Below are positions 61,001 to 64,000 of a stretch of DNA of 64,000 bases, piece by piece. The DNA is from Hypanus sabinus. Taxonomy: Eukaryota. Each line of letters starts with the position of its first letter. The first letter of the stretch is position 1. A program made the position numbers and the translations under genes. The DNA is taken from NCBI RefSeq assembly GCF_030144855.1, contig NC_082711.1:118420001-118484000 (forward strand). The letters run 5' to 3'. The notes beneath the pieces were generated by a model. That model saw only the letters and a list, made by a program, of their open reading frames with translations, was not told the DNA's origin and made no database searches.

Positions 61001-64000
61001 CCATCGCTCAAATCTCCTCCATTACCCCTCATCACTCAGATCGCCACCATTAAACCTCATCATTCTCCTCTCCTCCATTAACACTTATATCTCCCGTCCC
61101 CTCCATTAACCCGAACATTCTTCACATCACTCCCTCCATTACCTCTCAACGCTCCCATCCCCTCCATTACCACTCCTCACTCCCATCCCCTCCATTACCG
61201 CTCATCACTCCCATCCCCTCCATTACCCCTCATCACTACCCTCACCTCCATTACCCCTCATCACTCCCCTCCCCATTACCATTCATCACACCTCTCCACA
61301 CCACTACCCCTTATCACACCACTCCCCTCCATTAACCCTCATCAATACACTCCCTTCGATTACCCCCATAACTCCCTTCTCCTACATTACCCTTCATCAC
61401 ACCCCTCCACTCCACTACCCCTCACACTGCCCTCGCCTGCATTATGCCTCATCCCACCCCTCCATTATCCCTCATCACTCTCCTTCCAGCCATTACCCCT
61501 AAACACTCCCCTGTCCTCCATTGACCCTCATATCTCCCATCCCGTCCATTAACCCATCACTTCTCACATCATTCCCCTCCATTACCCTCAATCACTCCCT
61601 TCCCATCCATTATCCCTCATCACTCCCACTCCACTCCATTAACACTCATCACTCACCTCCAATCCATTAACTCTCATGTCTCCCATCCTCTCCAGTACCC
61701 CTCATCACTGCCCTCCCCTGCATTTCCCCTTATCCCGACCCACCCCTCCATTACACCTTATCACTCCCGTCCTCTCCATTACCCCTCATCACTCCACTCT
61801 CCTACATTACCCCTTATCTCTCCCATCCCCTCGATTACCCCTCATCGCTCCCCTCTCCACCATTACCCCTCATATCTTCCATCCTGTCCATTAAACCATC
61901 AATTCTCACATCTGTCCATTACCCTCAGTCATCCTGTCCCCTCCATTACTGCTCAGAACTCCCCTCCCCTCCATTACCCCTCAATACTCCCACCACTCCA
62001 TTACCCCTCATCACTCCCATCCACTCCATTACCCCTCATCACTACCCTCCAATTACCGCTCATCACTCAAATCCTCTCCATTATCCCTCATCACTCCCAT
62101 CCCGAATTACCTCTCATCACTTAAAACCCCTCCCTTACCCTCATCACTCCCCTCATCTGCATTACCCCTCATTTCTCCCCTCTCTGTCATTAACTCTCAT
62201 ACCTCCCATCACCTCCATTAACCACAACACTCCTGTCCCCTCAATTACACCTCATCAATCCCCTCTCCTCCATTAACTCTCATATCTAACAGTCCCTCCA
62301 TTACCCCATATCACTCACATTCCCTGCATTAATCCTCATTTTACCCCTCCCCTCCATTACCCCTCATCAGTCCCATCCCCTCATTTACATCTCATCCCTC
62401 CCATCCATTTCCCCTCATCACTGCCTTCCCTTCCATTACCCCTCATTACTCCTGTTCCCTTCATTACCCCTCATCACACCCATCCCCTCCATAACACCTC
62501 ATCTCTAAAATCCTCTATTATCCCATATCACTCCTTTCTCCTCCATTACCCCTCATCACTGTTTCTCCATTACCCCTCATCAATCCCCTCCATTACCCCA
62601 TCTCTCCCCTCTCCTCCATTAAATGTCATATCTCTACTCCCCTACGTTACCCTTCATCACTATCCTCCCCTCCATTACCCCATCATTCCCTTGCCCTCCT
62701 TTACCCCATTACTACCGTCCACTCCATTAATCCCTCATCACTCCCATCACCTACATTACCATCATCACTATCCTCCACTCCATTACTAGTCATCACTACC
62801 TTCTCCTGCATTAACCCTCATCAGTTCCCTCCCCTACATTACCCCTTATCACTACCCTCCCTTCCATTACCCTCAACACTCCCCTCCCCTCCATTAACCC
62901 TCATATCTCCCAGCCCGACCACTGCTCCATCACTTCTCGCAACCCTCCCCTCCATTACATTCAATCACTCCCATCCACCCCATTACCACTCATCAATCCA
63001 CTCCCATCCATTACCCCTCATCACCCCCTCCTCTCCATTACCCCCATCACTCAAATCACCTCCATTATCCCTCATTACTCCCAACTCCCCCATTACCACT
63101 CTTCACTATTCTCCCCTCCATTACACCTCATCATACCCTTCTGCATTACCCCTCATCACTCCTGCCCCTCCATTACCCCTTATCACTACCCTCCCCACCA
63201 TTACCCCTCACTCCCGTCTTCTCCATTAACTATCTCTCATCCCCTCCATTACCCCTCATCACTCCCCTCCACTGCATTACCCCTCATCACTATCCTATCC
63301 TCCATTAATTCTCATATTTCCAAATCCACTCCATTACCCCTCATCACCCCATCTCCTTCACTCTCATACCTCCCATCCCCTCCAGTACCCCTCAGCACTC
63401 CCCTCTCCTCCATTAACTCTCATCACTAACTTCTGCTTGATTACCCCTCATCACTCAAATCCCCTCTATTATCACTCATCACTCCTTTCGCCATTATCCC
63501 TCATCAATCCCCTCCCCTCCATTACCTCCTATCACTACCCTCTCCACCATTACCCCTCCTCACTCCCATCTTCTCTATTGACTCTCATATCTCCCATCCA
63601 CTCCATTACCCCTCATCACTACACTCCCCTCCATTAGCCCTCATCACTCCCTTATACTCCATTCCCCTCATCACTCCCTTCACCAATTAACTCTCATAAT
63701 TCCCATCCCCTCCATTACCCCTCATCACTATCCTCTTCTCCATTAACTCTCAGATCTCCCATCCCCAACATTACACATCATCACTCCCATCCCATTCATT
63801 ACCCCTCATCACTCCCCTCCCCTGCATTACCTCTCATCAATCCTCTCTCCTGCATTACCCATCATCACTCCTTTCTCCTCCATTAACTCTGATATCTCCC
63901 ATCCCCTCAATTAACCCCATCACTCCCGTCCCCTCTATTACACCTCATCACTCCCCTCTCCTCCATTAACTCTCATATCTCCCAGACCCTCCTTTACCCC
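58058..64000. repeat. C-rich degenerate ~28-bp satellite, right block (runs off the window)
   Basis: Same motif as 51930-53071. Confidence 0.96.

Overview
Eukaryotic vertebrate DNA, most likely from a cartilaginous fish (ray or shark). This is inferred from the V-SINE, the very dense CR1 LINEs and the Neptune-type Penelope elements. The window is mostly transposons and tandem repeats. Hidden among them are five small minus-strand exons belonging to two tandem immunoglobulin-superfamily receptor genes of CD2/SLAM type. Gene A contributes only its 3' end: a transmembrane exon (51880-51707, GC-AG donor) and two cytoplasmic exons (51352-51267, 47213-47091), each carrying an ITSM (TIYAEV, TVYDTV). 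Gene B contributes only its 5' end: a signal-peptide exon (12740-12695) with nearby ETS and RUNX motifs, and a disulfide-less V-set Ig exon (6511-6191). Other notable content: a Penelope element and derived hairpin elements carrying hammerhead-ribozyme motifs; a class I-like endogenous retrovirus pol relic (38.3-39.2 kb); a young but non-coding Gmr1-like Gypsy element with paired LTRs (53072-58057); an internally deleted L1 with target-site duplications; nested CR1 stacks; Tigger, Tc1 and Rex fragments; and four distinct tandem-repeat families. All coordinates and alignments were made by eye. TE boundaries are approximate unless a TSD or splice site is quoted.
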